Below, piece after piece: positions 62,688 through 64,000 of a stretch of DNA of 64,000 bases (position 1 is the stretch's first letter; every line of letters begins with the position of its first letter). The notes below the pieces were generated by a model. It did not search any database. It was not told where the DNA came from and saw only the letters and a list, made by a program, of their open reading frames with translations. Made by a program: the position numbers and the translations under genes. Source of the stretch: Gekko japonicus (lineage: Eukaryota); contig NW_015162565.1 in the NCBI RefSeq assembly GCF_001447785.1, forward strand, positions 1 through 64,000, given 5' to 3'.

Positions 62688-63792
62688 CTGTAACGTGGCA
62701 TTACATAGGAACATTTAGACTTTTTCAGCACATCGAAAAGTGTCAGTTGTTAAATTTATATGCTCAGCAAACCAATACTTGCCTTTGCAGTTCACTAGCA
62801 AAACATCAATATTTCTTTTTTTAGAATCCATGCAGATCTAAAAGAGTGCAAACATTAAACATCTTACCAAAGAGGACATAGGATCAAATTGAAATGAAAA
62901 CATTGCCTCTCCTACCCACTACTCCCCATAATTGGGTTTTGATATCTGGTGGCTTTTAAATTAATCCGCTCAGATGGACTACATATGAATATGCATATGG
63001 AAATTAGCAAGGCACATTACCCCTCCTCCCACTGCATTAGGAAAGCCATGATTCCTACTTGCGTTTAATATGCATTCAAAGGCTAAAACCCGTAAGGATT
63101 TTTTAAAAACAAAAAATATCCATGCTATAATGAATATGGCCACTAGAGAGAGCTGTTCCATAATATAAACATCCCACTCTCTAAACCTATTATAGTTTTG
63201 TAGTATCCCGAGACTAATAATGCCACACTGAAAGTGTTTGACTGTGCTAAACTGTTATGTGCTCACTTCGATCTGATAATAACACGAGATAGGATGTAAC
63301 TTTGATTTTTCTTTTGCAATCTATCTGATCAATATCAAAACAAGGCACAAATACCATATGAGACGCTGCCACGTCTACTGAAAAAATGGGCTAATGCTCA
63401 GAACGTTTTGTTTGCATGCAAGGATTAAAATCAGGTTTTGCTGAAAGCATTATATAGAGCAAATATTAACCATACATTGGCCACAATACAGTCAGTGGTA
63501 TTGGTCTGAATGTACATTCATTGTTTATTCCTAATGCACAATACGGATTTCCTAAATGGTGCATAACAATCTGAGGTCAAGACTTCTAAAATTCTTGCAT
63601 GGAGCATGCTAACCACTGGATCTCAAGGAGGCCGCTTTTTCAACATATGAAGTCTCTCTGCTCCACCATAAACATCTCCATCAGGGAGTGCATGGCTTTT
63701 CTCTGATAAATACCAGCAAAGGGAGAAACCTTTTTTAAAAATATGGTGAAAGACCCTTTTGCATTTTCCTGTCCCAGGGTATCAATGGGCTT

Positions 63793-64000
63793 TGTAATGT
63801 ATTCAGCCTGACATGCCCGGACTTGCCCGGGCTGGCCAGGCACAATTCCTATGTTAGCTTCAGTCGAAAGACAAAGGATCCGGAGGATCCAAGCCGGCCC
63901 TATCAAAAGGGCTAGCTTCCCAGCCGGGAGACCAATGGTCGCCCGGTTACTGTAAATAGCCTATCGGGAGTAGGGGGTGTGTTTAGGTATGCTTGGTGGC
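63793..64000. mobile_element. Probable start of a young LTR, truncated by the window edge
   Basis: Begins TGTAAT, with an abrupt shift to CpG-rich sequence inside an AT-rich intron. Confidence 0.4.

Overview
This is vertebrate genomic DNA from a squamate reptile, probably a gecko, judged by its repeat content: Sauria SINEs, Squam3-like and 5S-derived SINEs, CR1/L2/RTE-X LINEs and hAT MITEs. It has three short assembly gaps. The only host gene I can support is the 3' end of SLC26A7 on the minus strand: a 104-bp penultimate exon (62584-62687) spliced to a terminal coding exon (59103-59138), giving ...SLIKAMKLGGKLESESPVFFESLSSAVGAIQLHR|NVCKLNEYSEV*. The rest is 3' UTR and downstream intergenic DNA dense with nested transposable elements; in human, the equivalent region runs toward RUNX1T1. 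I found no convincing new protein-coding system. The most notable items are: Helitrons, one with a Pif1-helicase remnant and one with a palindromic minisatellite; a two-LTR Gypsy element whose deletion fuses Gag in frame to integrase and which has a duplicated PBS; a sushi/PEG10-type Gypsy retaining a -1 frameshift heptamer plus pseudoknot; a DIRS/Gypsy junction; and reciprocal nesting of one SINE and one hAT MITE. Family names come from recall and motif recognition, not database searches.
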